Source: Heptranchias perlo
Taxonomy: Eukaryota
Length of the DNA: 64,000 nt
Assembly (NCBI RefSeq): GCF_035084215.1
Contig: NC_090331.1
Location: 30,814,001 to 30,878,000, forward strand
Direction: 5' to 3'
The notes beneath the pieces are model-generated. The model saw only the letters and a list, made by a program, of their open reading frames with translations. It did no database searches and was not told the origin of the DNA. The position numbers and the translations under genes are program-made. Shown here one piece after another: positions 42,610 through 57,570 of this stretch; the stretch's first letter is position 1, and every line of letters begins with the position of its first letter.

Positions 42610-42663
42610 CTAAATATTTGTCGCCTTTGTTGTGTGCTATTAGCAGTTTCTTCTTCTTGAATT
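42610..42663 (-). CDS. R3HDM1: R3HDM1 short exon (IQEEETANSTQQRRQIFR)
   Basis: 54 nt, phase 2-2; STQQRRQIFR motif. Confidence 0.93.
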
Positions 42664-42752
42664 CTATTGGTGTTAATGGGACATTTCAGAATTTAGTACT
42701 AATTACCATGAATAACTAATCAATTAAGTTGTCTTTTCAAATTAGCACTTAC

Positions 42753-42790
42753 CTTTTATCTGCAAAGTAATTGTCCTGGGAGAATGATAA
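42753..42790 (-). CDS. R3HDM1: R3HDM1 short exon (LSFSQDNYFADK)
   Basis: 38 nt, cag acceptor and gtaagt donor; needed for phase 0 to 2 continuity; absent from the ORF track. Confidence 0.9.
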
Positions 42791-44885
42791 CTGAAAGCAA
42801 AACACAAATTTTTAATTACACAGACAGAATTAATTATCAAGAAATTAACTGAATAATGAACATCCGTTATTTTTTACCCACCATAATTTCAAAACAAACA
42901 TTATTCTCTGGTACCAAAGATGTATAAAAATGAAGTACTGTATGCTATTCACTATTTTCCACATGTAAAAGACCCTGAAAGGTGATGCACACTTTTTAAT
43001 TTAAAAAAGGCTCTTTTATAGAACAAGCTGACATTATGAGTAAATCATGTACTTTCTATTTTGCTGGTCTGATTCCACCTTCAAACAAATTTGAAGTGAT
43101 TCGGTGGCTTAAACAAAATCAACAACCAATACCACAACAGCACTGAGTCATCCAAGCTGTTGACATAAAAAATTGATTTTTTATTTTGTTATAAATTATC
43201 ATGGTATGATACGTACAATTTTATAATAGCAATTATAGTGCTTGGAAGCCAACTTTTGATGGGTATTCCTTTAAACAGTTCAAGAATTCTTGGCACACAA
43301 GAAAAATTACCTGGGTAAACATCCAGCACAGTGGTATTCAATACGAGAACACATTTTGAGTGCATCTCAATTCTTTCAACACTATTTTTGAAGAGTTTAA
43401 ATCTTCATATAGAAGCTATATATGAAGAATGCAAATTTTTAAAACACTGCAAAAGTAGCATTATTGAATGATCACAAATCTGTACTAAAATCATACTTTT
43501 GCTATTAACTTGTTGGCTTCCGACCTCTCTCAGATGAACAAACTGCTTGTAATACACTGCACTAAGCTCAAAGCAGAAAAACAAGTGAAGATCTGCAGAT
43601 GCCTAAGCAGGGTATCTTGGAAAAATGATCCAGCTTTTAACAACATATACATTTTAAAGGTTTTATTACCTTTCTTAAAAAAACACAACTGTTCCATTCA
43701 TTTACATTCTTGTTCTGTGAAAATCCTACAATAAGGGTCATGAACAGCAAAGATGCTCCTAATGAGTATCTGAAGACCATAAATAACCAGCATTGGGGAC
43801 AATATTATGTTCTCACTATTATAAAAGTCTCTTCTTTTTTTTTTATTTAGACTGTTTTCCTGAAGAGGTTTAGTGCTCTTAAAAAGTGTTTTCATGCAAG
43901 CGGTTATCAGTGGACCAACAATGCTCCTTTTCCACTTCCAGTCATAATTTAGACCTCTGATCGTTTGGTCTGCATCAGGAGAGATAGATTTATTTACAAG
44001 AATTTGTCAAAGAACATATTTGATTTGCTGTAGCTAAATGAATGCAGTCAAATGCATGAAGCTAAAGAGTATAATGGCATGCAGTATGGTATTTTTTGAA
44101 CTCTGGCACCAGCCAATTGGATCCCAATGGCCTTTTTCAGTCCTGTGCATTCCTAGGTGTACAACAAAAAAGTGTGATGGGGGGAAAATTCATCATTAAA
44201 AGAGTTTCAAGTGCTTTAGTCCTATATGCCATCTATCAGAAGCATTATTTACTTTCTTGTACCTCATATTCAAACACTCTGCCATAGGACAACTGCTTTC
44301 TATCATTTACCAGATCTTGATAACTATCTTTCCTATGCCACGCTGGCAAAACATATGTACTACACAACACCTGAATTATGGCTCTGACTCAAAAATACCC
44401 ACCCAAAATTTAACAAGCAGTGCAATGCTCTGCCAACACCCTTACAAGGGCATCTGAACATGATCACTAAACTGCTCTGCAGAGAATTTTGGATTTATGG
44501 CCATCTAAAACAGTCATAAACTAAACTATGATACGCTGAAAAACAAATCGGCTGCAGATAAAATATACCATATCAAAATTCTGCAGGCTGCTCTTTTATG
44601 TACTATTTGTCCTCACAGAAAGAAATTCCAATTTTCTTACAAAAGAGTTTCATCAAAGCAGGTGACAAACAACTATTTGTATTTACAAAAGTTCATGGAA
44701 TAGCATCCCATTTGATACAGCCAGACTCCACAAAGATTCCTCTATTGAGACTACCATCCAACTTTCAGTTTACTAATGTATTGTATACTCTAAAATCTCC
44801 ACAACCAAATCAGTCAAGTCCAATATCTTCTATATTTTCAGCTACTCATACACAGCCAGTAACGTCTCTTTGCACATCCAGTTTA

Positions 44886-45155
<270 letters not shown>

Positions 45156-46451
45156 TTAATTTGTCTGTATTAGCAATGCTACACTCTCCTTTAAAAAAAA
45201 GTGCTTTCTAAGAGCTTTCTAGAATGTAATTTTCATTCTCCCAAGGCAGTTCATGCTTTTGTCACAACTATCTTGACTTAATTCCAGATGGTTTCCTGAT
45301 TTTGCCTTACATTTCCACTCAGCTGTTGTAACCGATTCATTCAGAGCAAATAACCTGTTTTAATACATAATTCTCTTCCACTTCGTTACTGTGAAATATT
45401 CCAGTAACACCTGTGAACAATCTCTTGGTTAGAGGAAATTATTACAATTTCTGAGTGACTATTTGTGGGTTGAACTGAAAGCAAACTGTGCAACCAAGTT
45501 TTAATCTGATTAACCAACTGGTTAGGATTCACTTAAAAAATCCTCATATGAGAAACATGCACTAGAATGACTTGGGCAGTCTTAGCCATTGAAAAGCCAG
45601 TTGTGCTGTTAATCAGTCATGTTATATATTCATTTAAGAGGAATTCCCCTTGAAAAACTGGTGAATGCGTTTCATATACAAATATCTGTCACCACATTAA
45701 ATGCAACTTTTTCTAATGCAAAGTGCAATATCCTTCAAATATCTTTGCTACTCTTATCTTTATCAGAGTGTCAAATAATGCTTGCTGCAGCGGCCATATA
45801 GGACTTGATGCACAGGACATGTGGTACATATATACACAAGTGTGATGAGCAATGTAAAATTAGTAATTAGCTATCTGGATAAAAATGCAATGTAAATTCT
45901 TGGCTACAATTATTCCATTAAACAAATATAATGGATGTGGGCAAAAGGTTTGAAGTTTACAAACTTCCGTTCAATTGAATTACACTATGAAAGTCGATCC
46001 CAGGACTCGTTGAATATCATCCATTGAATACGTGACTGGAGGCTACTTGAACTGAGCTATGTTCCAGAGCAATGGTCTGAGTCTAACTAGATCCCTCTAA
46101 CTTGTTAGTAAAACCCCAACCTCCACAGAAGCGAGTACCCATATAAATTGCACAAAAATATAAAGTACTGTTATTTACTGACACCATTTTATAAACAGAA
46201 TTTTGAAGGAAAAATGACAGTTATGATCAAATCATTTGTTGACTTCAAAACATTCCTAGATTCCTGCTGCACGGCAACTCTATGTGTACTTATCAGGTAT
46301 TCTCTCAATGAAACTATATAGTACTACAATACGGAGTACTCAAACTCAGGATACAAAAAGTACATTCCAGTTTTGTGAAATTAATAATCTGCTCCAGGGA
46401 AATTTACAATTTTATGTAATTTAGATAGCCATAAAAACAGCCTTTGTTTTA

Positions 46452-46667
<216 letters not shown>

Positions 46668-47662
46668 TCAAAGATAAGTGATATCAATGCCAAAGAATTT
46701 AATGCTTTCCCACTTTTGGCACGCGGCATCAACATTCTGCACAAACTTTAGAAGATTATCTCCCAGTACACCACAGTAAATTTTCCATTTCTCGCATCAA
46801 TCATCCTGGTGGCGTTTGTGAGCAAAAATGCCAATTTGCTGTCAAATCTCACACTGTGGAACTAGATTGAATGTCTAAATTTATTTAATGTGGGGCTCTT
46901 AGAGGAAGGAGGCTTTCACTATCATTAGGGCTGGATTCAATCCTAGGTTCTGTAAAGATAGTAGGTTAGCCCACTGGATCATCCAAAACTCCATTCTGAA
47001 ATCAATTTGCAACAGCCTGCTAGCAACATTTTTAGCATTTAATGGAGGCAAGTATTTCGACTGCACAGGTTCAACTGACATTCACATTTAGAGTCTGTTT
47101 AGAGTTTCTTTAATTCCTGTTACTAGAAGGGAAGGAAAACAGCCCATAAAAACAGTTGTTATCCTGATTTTAATTTTTAAACTAATTTGTGCCACACTTA
47201 TTTTCAATGTAGCAATGACCTCTGTACTTCACTCCATTGAAACAGCGGAAGTTGCACTATGGCAAGGCTTTAAGTACAGCTTCAATATTTTATAGAATTT
47301 TTGAAATTCCTTTTTTTAAAGGTTGGGGAGGGTCTCGAAATTATTCTACATTTACCTTTAGGAATAAAGGACAATTTTTGGTCATATAACTGAATAAAGA
47401 AATCTTACACAGTTAACAGAACTTTAAAACCCGATTTCACACCAAATATACTAAGCCTTACAAGTCCATAACTGCACAAGTGAGATTTGCAACATCTTGA
47501 TGTGTAATGAAAATGTTGACAAACTATGAGGACTATTTTCACAAACAAAGATGAAATGTTTTGCATATTGTTTTTGTACAAGAGTAGTGGAGACTGTGCT
47601 TGCAAAATTTTCAATATTAACATTTACTACGTGTTACACAGTTACTGCCATCAAATAATTTG

Positions 47663-50249
47663 ATGGCAGTAACATGAAAACTAAGAGCAGGAAGCTTGAG
47701 AAACTCGGCATCACCACCAGCATCAACCAAGCTTCCCCTGGTACCACGGTTGCAACCACAGGGAAGTCTATCGTCAATTTGTCCGACCACACCCTTCAAC
47801 CAGACGAAATCAAAGTTCTCAGCCGAGGGCTCAATTTCTGCCCCACTACCAAAATGGACCCCGTTAGTCTCGCGGCGGACACAGAGGAATTCATCAGGAG
47901 AATGAGGCTCCGGGAATTCTACCACAAACCCCAAGATTTCAACAGCGAACCCAATGAGACAATCAATGATCCGGAACAGCAGACAGAGGGATCCGCGGTA
48001 CAGCAACCGAAGAGGAAACAGTCAAACTGGACTCCTCCGGAGGGTCGCTGCCCTCAGCTTGACATGTATGCCCAAGCTGTCAGGAAATGCGTCAATGCCA
48101 GATTCATCAGGCACACTCAGAAGACAGTCCAGAATGTCACCCGAGCACAACGCAATGCTCTCAAGACCAACCGCAACATCGTCATCAAACCAGCGGACAA
48201 AGGAGGAGCCATCGTCATACAGAACAGAACGGACTATTGCAAAGAAGCATACCGACAACTGGACAACCAGGAACACTACAGACGGTTACCCGCAGATCCG
48301 ACCAAAGAACACACCCACCAGCTCAACAAACTGATCAAGACCTTCGATCCAGACCTTCAAAACATCCTACGCACTCTCATCCCACGTACTCCCCGCGTGG
48401 GAGACTTCTACTGCCTCCCAAAGATACACAAAGCCAACACACCCGGATGTCCTATCGTATCAGGCAACGGAACCCTGTGTGAGAACCTCTGTGGATACAT
48501 CGAGGGCATCCTGAAACCCATCGTACAGGGAACCCCCAGCTTCTGTCGTGACACTACAGACTTCCTACAAAAACTCAGCACCCACGACAGCATCAATACT
48601 CAACACCAACAACAGCCAATCTCCAGACGCCTTCCTACAACTCATCCGCTTCATCCTGGATCACAATGTCTTCACCTTCGATAACCAGTTCTTTACCCAA
48701 ACACACGGAACAGCCATGGGGACCAAATTTGCACCCCAATATGCCAACATTTTCATGCACAAGTTCGAGCAGGACTTCTTCACTGCACAGGACCTCCAAC
48801 CAACGCTATACACCAGATACATCGACGACATTTTCTTTCTATGGACCCACGGCGAAGAATCACTGGAGAGACTACACGATAACATCAACAAGTTCCATCC
48901 CACCATCAAGTTCACCATGGACTACTCCTCAGAATCGGTTTCTTTCTTGGACACACGAATCTCCATCAAAGACGGGAACCTCAGCACCTCACTCTACCGC
49001 AAGCCCACGGACAACCTCACGATGCTCCACTTTTCCAGCTTCCACCCTAACCACGTCAAAGAGGCCATCCCCTATGGACAGGCCCTGCGAATACACAGGG
49101 TCTGCTCAGACGAGGAGGAACGGGATGGACACCTACAGACTCTGAAAGACGCCCTGGTAAGAACAGGATATGACGCTCGACTCATCGATCGACAGTTCCG
49201 ACGGGCCACAGCGAAAAATCGCATAGACCTCCTCAGAAGACTAACACGGGACGCAACCAACAGAGTACCCTTAGTCGTCCAGTACTTCCCCGGAGCGGAG
49301 AAACTACGCCGTGTTCTCCGCAGCCTTCAACATGTCATCGATGACGACGAACACCTCGCTATGGCCATCCCCACACCTCCACTACTCGCCTTCAAACAGC
49401 CACCCAACCTCAAACAGACCATCGTTCGCAGCAAATTATCCAGCTTTCAGGAGAACAGCGTCCACGACACCACACAACCCTGCCACGGTAACCTCTGCAA
49501 GACATGCCAGATCATCGACACAGATACCACCATCACATGAGAGGACACCACCCACCAGGTGCATGGTTCATACTCCTGTGACTCGGCCAACGTTGTCTAC
49601 CTCATACGCTGCAGGAAAGGATGCCCCGGAGCATGGTACATTGGCGAGACCATGCAGACACTGCGACAACGGATGAACGGACACCGCGCAACAATCGCCA
49701 GACAGGAGGGTTCCCTCCCAGTCGGGGAACACTTCAGCAGTCAGGGACATTCGGCCACCGATCTTCGGGTAAGTGTTCTCCTAGGCGGCCTTCGAGACAC
49801 ACGACAACGCAAAATCGTCAAGGAAATTGATAGCCAAGTTCCGCACCCATGAGGACGGCCTCAACCGGGATCTTGGGTTCATGTCACGCTACACGTTACC
49901 CCACCAGCGAACAAAAGCTATCTGTTTTTAATATAATGGGTCATTTGCTGGCTTTCTCTGCCTTCCGGATGTTTCTGCCTCTCTCTCTCTCTGTTTTTTT
50001 TTCCTGTTTGTTTTTTTTGTTGAATGTGTATTCGGGGGTTCTGTAGGTGACACCTCCCTGTCTGAACACGGTGATTGCCTTGACAACGGGCAGTCTGTAA
50101 ACACCATGTATTGTTCTATGATGTATAAATGCGTAGGTTTCAAGGAGCTCCTGACAATTACCTGAGGAAGGAGGAAGCCTCCGAAAGCTTGTAGATTTCA
50201 AATAAAAATTGTTGGACTATAACTTGGTGTTGTAAAATTGTTTACAATT
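47663..50249 (+). mobile_element. Penelope-like retroelement (probably Neptune type), 5'-truncated and defective; RT + GIY-YIG + pLTR
   Basis: IKPADKG, LPKIHK, GTAMG and RYIDD RT motifs; Cys linker PCHGNLCKTC; VVYLIRC...WYIGET endonuclease; 13-bp TSD atcaaataatttg at 47650-47662 and 50250-50262. Confidence 0.95.
50156..50197 (+). ncRNA. Minimal hammerhead ribozyme motif in the Penelope pLTR
   Basis: CTGAGGA-A-GGAG(gaagc)CTCC-GAAA-GCTT with short stem I; palindromic AAGCTT in place of stem III. Confidence 0.75.
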
Positions 50250-50279
50250 ATCAAATAATTTGTCACCTTCCAAATCCTT

Positions 50280-51325
50280 GCTCATCTTTTCCGCAACTCC
50301 GTTTGAATCTCTCCAATCAGGTTTCTGCCCTGACACAACACAAACAGCCCAACCAAAATCACCAACATCATCCCTCCTCGACCTCTCTGCAGCCCGACTT
50401 GGTCGACCGCACCAATTTCCTCCACGCTTCTCCTCCATTGCCCAGCTTAGGGGGAATTGCCCTCGCTTGGCTTCAGTCTTACATATCTGGTCATAGCCAG
50501 AGCAACTTCCTGCTCACAAACTGTTAGCTCTGGAGTCCCTGTGGGATCTATCCTTGGGCCCATTCTCATCGTTAGTATGTGCTGCCCCTTAATGACATCA
50601 TCCAAAGACATGGGGTAAACTTCCACATGTATGGTGACAATTCCCAGTGCCATCTCTCGACCTCTCTCCTGCCTCTGTTATCAGACTGCTTCCTGTCTTG
50701 TATGAACCTCAATTTCCTCCAATGAAACATTGGGAGGACCAAAGCCATAGTTTTCAGTCCCAGTCACATCACCCTCCCTGGCCACTTTCTCATGCTGAAC
50801 CAGACTGTTTGGAACCTTGGCACCCTAGTTGAGCCTGAGTTCAGCTTCTGATCCCATAATCCTTTCCATCACAAAGAATAATTATTTCCACCTCCATACA
50901 TCCCACTTACCCATCGCCCCTGTCCTTGCTGACTTACAATGGCTCCCGGTCCCGCAGTACCTCAAATTTAAAATCCCTTCCTCGCTCTGCAACCTCCACC
51001 AGCCCTACAACCCCAACCCCCTGCACTCTTTGTTCCTCTGATTCAAGTCTCATGCATCCCCCTCTCCATTTGCCCCACTATTGGTGACCATGCCTTCAGC
51101 CGCCTAAGTCCCATGCTCTGGAATTCTCTCCCGAAACCCATCCACCTTTCGAACTCCTTTATGGCCTTCCTTAAAACTCACCTCCTTGACCAAGCTTTTG
51201 GTTATCCTTCCTAACATGTCCTTCTTTGGTTTGGTGTCCTTTATATATTTTTTTGATTTTGCCTCTGTGAAGTGCCTTGCAACATTTTTCTATGTTCAAG
51301 GCCCTATACAAATGCATGTTGTTGC
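50280..51325 (+). mobile_element. L2 fragment adjoining the Penelope 3' end
   Basis: FESLQSGF, GVPVGSILGP and LADLQWLPV remnants; L2 tail. Confidence 0.85.
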
Positions 51326-51456
51326 AGTAGTGCTAGTAAGTCGAAGTGGTTTCTTTTGCCCCCCTCCCGAATCCAATACTGAAGCAAACTTTTAAAAGCA
51401 CAATAAAATGATTAACTTAATTATAAATAAAAGCATTTCAGAAGTTAAATCACTTA

Positions 51457-51654
<198 letters not shown>

Positions 51655-51683
51655 TTAGCCTATGCATCAATATCAGCTCTTAC

Positions 51684-51743
51684 TTGTTATTACTGATAAA
51701 ATCCAGAATTTCTTGTTCTAACTTCAGCAACATCATTCTATCC
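51684..51743 (-). CDS. R3HDM1: R3HDM1 coding exon, start of R3H domain (DRMMLLKLEQEILDFISNN)
   Basis: 60 nt, phase 2-2, gtaag donor. Confidence 0.97.
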
Positions 51744-53476
51744 CTGGAGAACAAAAAAAAATTTTCAGTAGCATTCATTTGCCAAATAGGTTAGTTCAAA
51801 TGCTTGAAACAAAAAGCAACTGGAAATTATGCACTTCTCAATTAAATTCCCTGCAAGCACAAGACAATATTTCTATTAATTATGAACCTACCTGCATACT
51901 ACACAGTGACAAATATGTGATTTTTCCGTCCAGTGTGGACATCCAGTTGCTTAAACCACACTGGACCTATGTGTTAGTCTATTTATGTAACAGTTGACTG
52001 ATGAGCATTAAATTTCCAAAAAAAAAATATCAGCATCTAAATGAACAAAAGTTAAATCATTTGAAGGCTTTACATTTATCTGCAGGCTCATTTGCATGCA
52101 GAACAAAGTTGCATGCAAAGGAAGCATTTGGACTTGGAACTACTGTCCTTTTGGGGGAGATAATTGGGGATTCTGGATAGTGAGGTGGCTCCTAGATGTA
52201 TTTTCTGGCACTGGAAGTTCAGAACAAAGTTAACTCTCTGTGGCAGACTCAGCATCTGATACCCAAGGTAGGTTCACAGTACTCCAGGGCACTGCTGATG
52301 ACTGGCCAGCTTCGCTCACAAATGGAGGGGTAAGATCCTTTTATTTTGTGCTGGGATTCTTCACACTTGGCTACAGATAATCCAGCAAACCAGTGTCCTA
52401 ATGAGTACAGTAGTTTTGTCTGCATAATGGTGATATTGCTGGACACAGTAGTAAAAGCTACCACTGAGCTAAGCTGACACCAATCATAGGACCAACTACC
52501 CTTAATGTTTCCTCATTTGATCACTGTTCAGAGTTACTGCTGGAAATTGAACCTACAGACGACATAGAGGGCAAACAGGATTGCACATAACTGCAATGGT
52601 CTTTGGGGCAGTGGTTAAAGTGCCTCTGACACTCATTGTTAAAGCTCAAATTAAGTATGAAGCTCCGTGTCGCCCCCTTCAGTAAGTAAGATGAGAAAAA
52701 GGAAAGTTTGGGGAGAAATAAATAAATTCATCATGCACAATGTTGTATATACTTGTGTACAAGAGAAATTTATTTTGCTATTTAGTGTTCAAAGTACAAT
52801 GTTTGTCCTAAGGTGCAATCACGCAAGTTTAGTATCATTGCACAGTGAATTTGGATATGCTAGATTTGAAATATATAAATCAGATTCAAAGGCCCAAAAG
52901 GACACTAAAGCAAAGCAGAGCAAGACTTTCTCCTCTAGGGCACCTTATTCTTTGTTTTACTGTTAGATTGCTACTGTGATGGTGTAAATGCACCTTTACT
53001 TAAAGGTCATACCTTCACTCAGGTTTCTCTCACAGCACAGAATTTCTGTGGAGAATGGTGACCACTGCTCCAAAGATGGTAGCAGTAGCACCACGAGTGC
53101 ATTCTTATCAACTGTTGCACAGTGATATTTTAATGGCAATTCTATCTCCCAATTTCAGTCCCAACTACAGCTGCAGGAGCCTGCGTTGAAGTCAGGAGGA
53201 ATAGCTGCCATTTAAATATCACAGCAGTGCAAGAGCTGAGCAACAACTGACAGTCACAGTTAATAAGGACGTGCTGGTTTGAATGAAAAGGAATACATAA
53301 AATATAATTGTGTCTGCCAGCTAACATGAAGGTTAGAATTTTGGGGGATTAAAGCTTCGCTAAATTTCAGCAAGAGTAAGTCAACATTCAACCATTTCCA
53401 TTGGTGGTTGGATTAGAGGAGTTCTATTGTATGTATAACAGTAGCATCTCTCATAGAAATTACAGTACAGGATGAC

Positions 53477-53735
53477 TTGACAATTCCAATGCTCCAGGCC
53501 GACCTCCCATCTTCCACGCTCCATAAACTTGAGCTCATCCAAAATTCTGCATCCCATATCTTAACTCACACCATGTCCCGTTCACCCATTACCCCTCTGC
53601 TCACTGACCTACATTGGCTCTCGGTCCGGCAACGCTTCGATTTTAAAATACTCATCCTTGTTTCCAAATCCCTCCATGGCCTCACCCCTCCCTATCTCTG
53701 TAACCACCTCCAGCCCTACAACCCTCCGAGATCTC
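53477..53735 (+). mobile_element. L2 internal fragment
   Basis: LHKLELIQNSA...PITPLLTDLHWL. Confidence 0.85.
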
Positions 53736-54036
53736 TGTACACGTTATTGTGTTTATCAACTGTGTGGCACCAACGTGTGTTTTTTAAAAAAAAAAACTGG
53801 CTGGTGGTGGTTCAGAATTCCTAGGAATAGTTATGGCAACCATGGTTATAGTGAGCAGCTGCTGATAGGAGGGTGAATGCACAGCTATTCGACCGTCAAA
53901 CTGCCACTCGGGTAAGTAATGATGGTTGGTTTGATCTCAGGTACAAAGAATAAATTCCAAATGTGTACAATAACTATGTACCATAAACAATGCATGACTG
54001 AAAATATTGCATCTTCTAAATATAATCAAAAACTCA

Positions 54037-54162
<126 letters not shown>

Positions 54163-54226
54163 TTACAAGTCACTCAGCAAGCATCCAAAATCTGAAAGTA
54201 TTTTAGTGAAGAAATGCAGTGTAAAC

Positions 54227-54350
54227 CTCTTGATAACATTTTTTTATGCATTTTATCTGGTTTGTCTATGCATTCTTCCTTTTCAGCTTCATCTTTTGTG
54301 GGCTGTTCTTCTTTATCAAGTGTTTGTATTAACTGTAGTTGAATTTTATC
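54227..54350 (-). CDS. R3HDM1: R3HDM1 coding exon (DKIQLQL...KKMLSR)
   Basis: 124 nt, AG/GT bounded, phase 0 to 1; resembles EKIQIQL...RKMLSR of R3HDM1. Confidence 0.95.
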
Positions 54351-55169
54351 CTGTGTAAACACAAGACAAATCGTAGTCATAATATTATTCATTCAACACA
54401 TGGATTAACATATTTTGAGGTGTGGAGTTTAACAAAAATGGTAATCTCATTTCACATATTTTCCCCCTCAAAATACTTCAACAATCTTCCCTAACTGGCT
54501 TCACAGTGATTTGGCAAATGCCCTGGATAGTATGCTACACCAATCCACTGAGCAGACTACTTGAAAAAGACACCGTTTACTACAGAATTTTGACTTTCAC
54601 AGTTTCATATTATTGTAACATAAATGGAACAGTATCAACATAATATCAAATAAGTCAGGTGATATAACCTTGAGGATATGCTCTTTTTCAAAGAAACAAT
54701 TTATAACAGCAGTACAAAGAAGAACAGGCAATCTTTGTTGGAAAGCAAGGGTAGCAGAGGAAATATGAAATTGTGAAGTTACAGGTACTCATTTTAGTCC
54801 GTAAAATCTCCTTTCAAAAATTAGATTGAACGCAAAGAATTCCCAATCATCAGAATTTGCTCTCATATGCATGCATGATATAATGCTATTTCAATGTTCC
54901 ACTGTACAATACAACTCATGTTGCAAGGAGATCAGAGTCCCTATACTTACATGCATATTTATGAAACACAACTGAACCAGGAAATTCTGGTAACTTGATG
55001 TCGGCTGACACCGAACCAGAGAATAACCCAAAGATTGGACTGTGGTTTACGACTACTGCTGAAGTAAGTTATCTGCCACCAGAAAATACCAATGTCTTCT
55101 CCTTGAACATGTAAGCTGATGTGGAACATGGCTCGCTCCACTGGTGCACTAACCTTTCTCTTACCAATT

Positions 55170-56030
55170 TTATCTCCCAACTTTATCCCATCTGGACCGA
55201 CTGACTTTACTACTTTGAGTGCTGCCAATCTTTTAAATACCTCCTCTTCATCTATTTTAATCCTATCCAATATTGCTACTACCTCCTCCTTTACTGCTAC
55301 AATGGCAGCATCCTCTTCTCTAGTGAAGACGGATGTGAAGTATTCACTTAGTGCCTCAGCCATGCCCTCTGCCTCCACAAGACGATCTTTTTTGTCCCTA
55401 ATTGGTCCCATGCTTCCATTGACTACCCTTTTACTATTTATATGTTTATAAAAGACTTTTGGGTTCCCTTTCATGTTAGCCACTAATCTATTCTCATACT
55501 CTCTCTTTGCCCCTCTTATTCCCTTTTTAGATCTCCTCTGTACTGTGTATTCAGCCTGGTTCTCTACTGTATTATGAACCTTACATTTGTCATAAGCCTA
55601 CTTTTTCTGTTTCATTTTAATCTCTATATCTTTAGTCATCCAGGGAGCTCCAGCTTTGGATACCCTTCCTTTCCCCCTCATAGGGATATGTCTACTCTGT
55701 ACCCGAACCAACCAATAAGCCTCCCATTGTTCAATTACTGTTTTGCCTACCAATTTTTGATTCCAATCCACTTGGGCAAGATCCCTTTTTAACTCACTGA
55801 AATTTGCCCTCCTCCAGTTAAGCATTTTCACATTCTTTGGGCTGGAAACACACTGTTCCAGAAAGTTCGTTTGAACACATTTCAGGAATTCCTCCTCCTC
55901 TTTGCCCTTTACACGGTCACTGTCACTGTCCCAGTCTATATTTGGATAACTGAAGTCCTCCATTATCATTACTCTATAGGACTTGCATCTTTCTGTAATT
56001 TGCTCCTCTATCTCCTTCCCACTATTTGGT
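55170..56030 (-). mobile_element. CR1 ORF2 fragment (EN to RT linker), internally deleted
   Basis: DFSYPNIDW, NPKVFY, YFTSVFTRE and GPDGI remnants. Confidence 0.88.
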
Positions 56031-56704
56031 TATAAATATAAACTCGAGCAAACCCAGTAGCCTTCAAACTTCCTATCCACAAGCTCAAAGACTGCAAAGG
56101 GGGATCTGAACTTTTTGGTTGTGAACAGAAAGCTGATCAATTGAAAACTGGCAGAGTCAAAAATAAAATTATCTGCTGCCAATAGCAGATGAGAAAGCCA
56201 AAGATGTAAATACTGCTTTCCTATATTTCAATGCACTTCTGGAAGGATATAAGAAAATGCTCGCCATTTGAGGGCAAACATCCACTCAGGTCTCTCCCAA
56301 CCATTTTTGTCTTGCTCCATTTGTCAACATTACTGTGGTTAGTACTCCTGTCAACTTTCCATTCCGTTCTACCTAAGCTATAAAAATTCAATTCTACACA
56401 TATTTCCTCCTCCCTACATCCCCAATCTGCTGAAATCAAAACTCATTGCAGAATCTTCCACTTTAACTCATTCTTCCCCAAGATAACAGCTTGCATTTCT
56501 ATCCACCCTTATAATGTAAAAAAAAGTGTCAAGATGCTTTAGAGCGGGGAAAAAAACATTCAAAACTCTGGAACTCCTTACCTCTTTCAGTTTCCTTTAT
56601 TATACAATTTTCAGGCTTTTAAAACCCAACCAACAAATCAACTAATCATGATTTGTTGATTTACCCTATCTTCTCTATTATTCTTTTCAACCGTACGAGT
56701 GTCA

Positions 56705-57570
56705 TAATAAGAACATAAGAAATAGGAGCAGGAGTAGGCTATATGGTCCCTCGAGCCTGCTCCCCCATTCAATAAGATCATGGCTGATCTTCGACCTCAA
56801 CTCCACTTTCCCGCCCGATCCCCATATCCCTGGGTTCCAAAAATCTATCAATCTCAGCCATGAATATACTCAACGACTGAGCATCCAGAGGTATCTGGGG
56901 TAGAGAATTCCAAAGATTCACAACCCTGAGTGAAGAAATTCCTCCTCATCTCAGTCCTAAATGGCCGACCTCTTATCCTGAGATTACGCTCCCTAGTTCT
57001 GGACTCTTCAGCCAGGGGAAACATCCTCTCAGCATCTACCCTGTCAAGCCCTCTTAGAATCTTAGAAGTTTCTATGAGATCACCTCTCATTCTTCCAAAC
57101 TCCAGAGAGTATAGGCCCATTCTACTCAATCTCTCCTCATAAGACAACCCTCTCATCCCAGGAATTAATCTAGTGAACAGTCATTGCACCGCCTCTAAGG
57201 CAAGTATATCCCTCCTTAAGTAAGAGACCAAAAATGCACATAGTACTCCAGGTGTGGTCTCACCAAAGCCCTGTACAATTGCAGCAAGATTTCCTTACTC
57301 TTATACTCTAACCCCCTTGCAATGAAGGCCAACATACCATTTGCCTTCCAATTGCTTGCTGTACCTGCATGTTAACTTTCTGCATTTCATGTATAAGGAC
57401 ACCCAAATCCATCTGAACACCAACATTGAATAGTTTCTCACAATTTAAAAAATATTATGTTTTTCTATTTTTCCCACCAAAGTGAATAACCTCACATTTC
57501 TCCACATTATACTCCATCTTCCACCTTCTTGCCAACTCACTTAACCTGTTGATGTCCCTTTGCAGACTCT
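56705..57570 (-). mobile_element. CR1 3' end
   Basis: LSYEERLSRMGLYSLE...RNFFTQ; same subfamily tail as 1-283. Confidence 0.9.

Noticed and set aside
47674-49852. Host gene or domesticated RT/telomerase-like gene
   Set aside because: It is frameshifted, has an internal stop, is TSD-flanked and ends in a pLTR, so it is a defective transposon copy.
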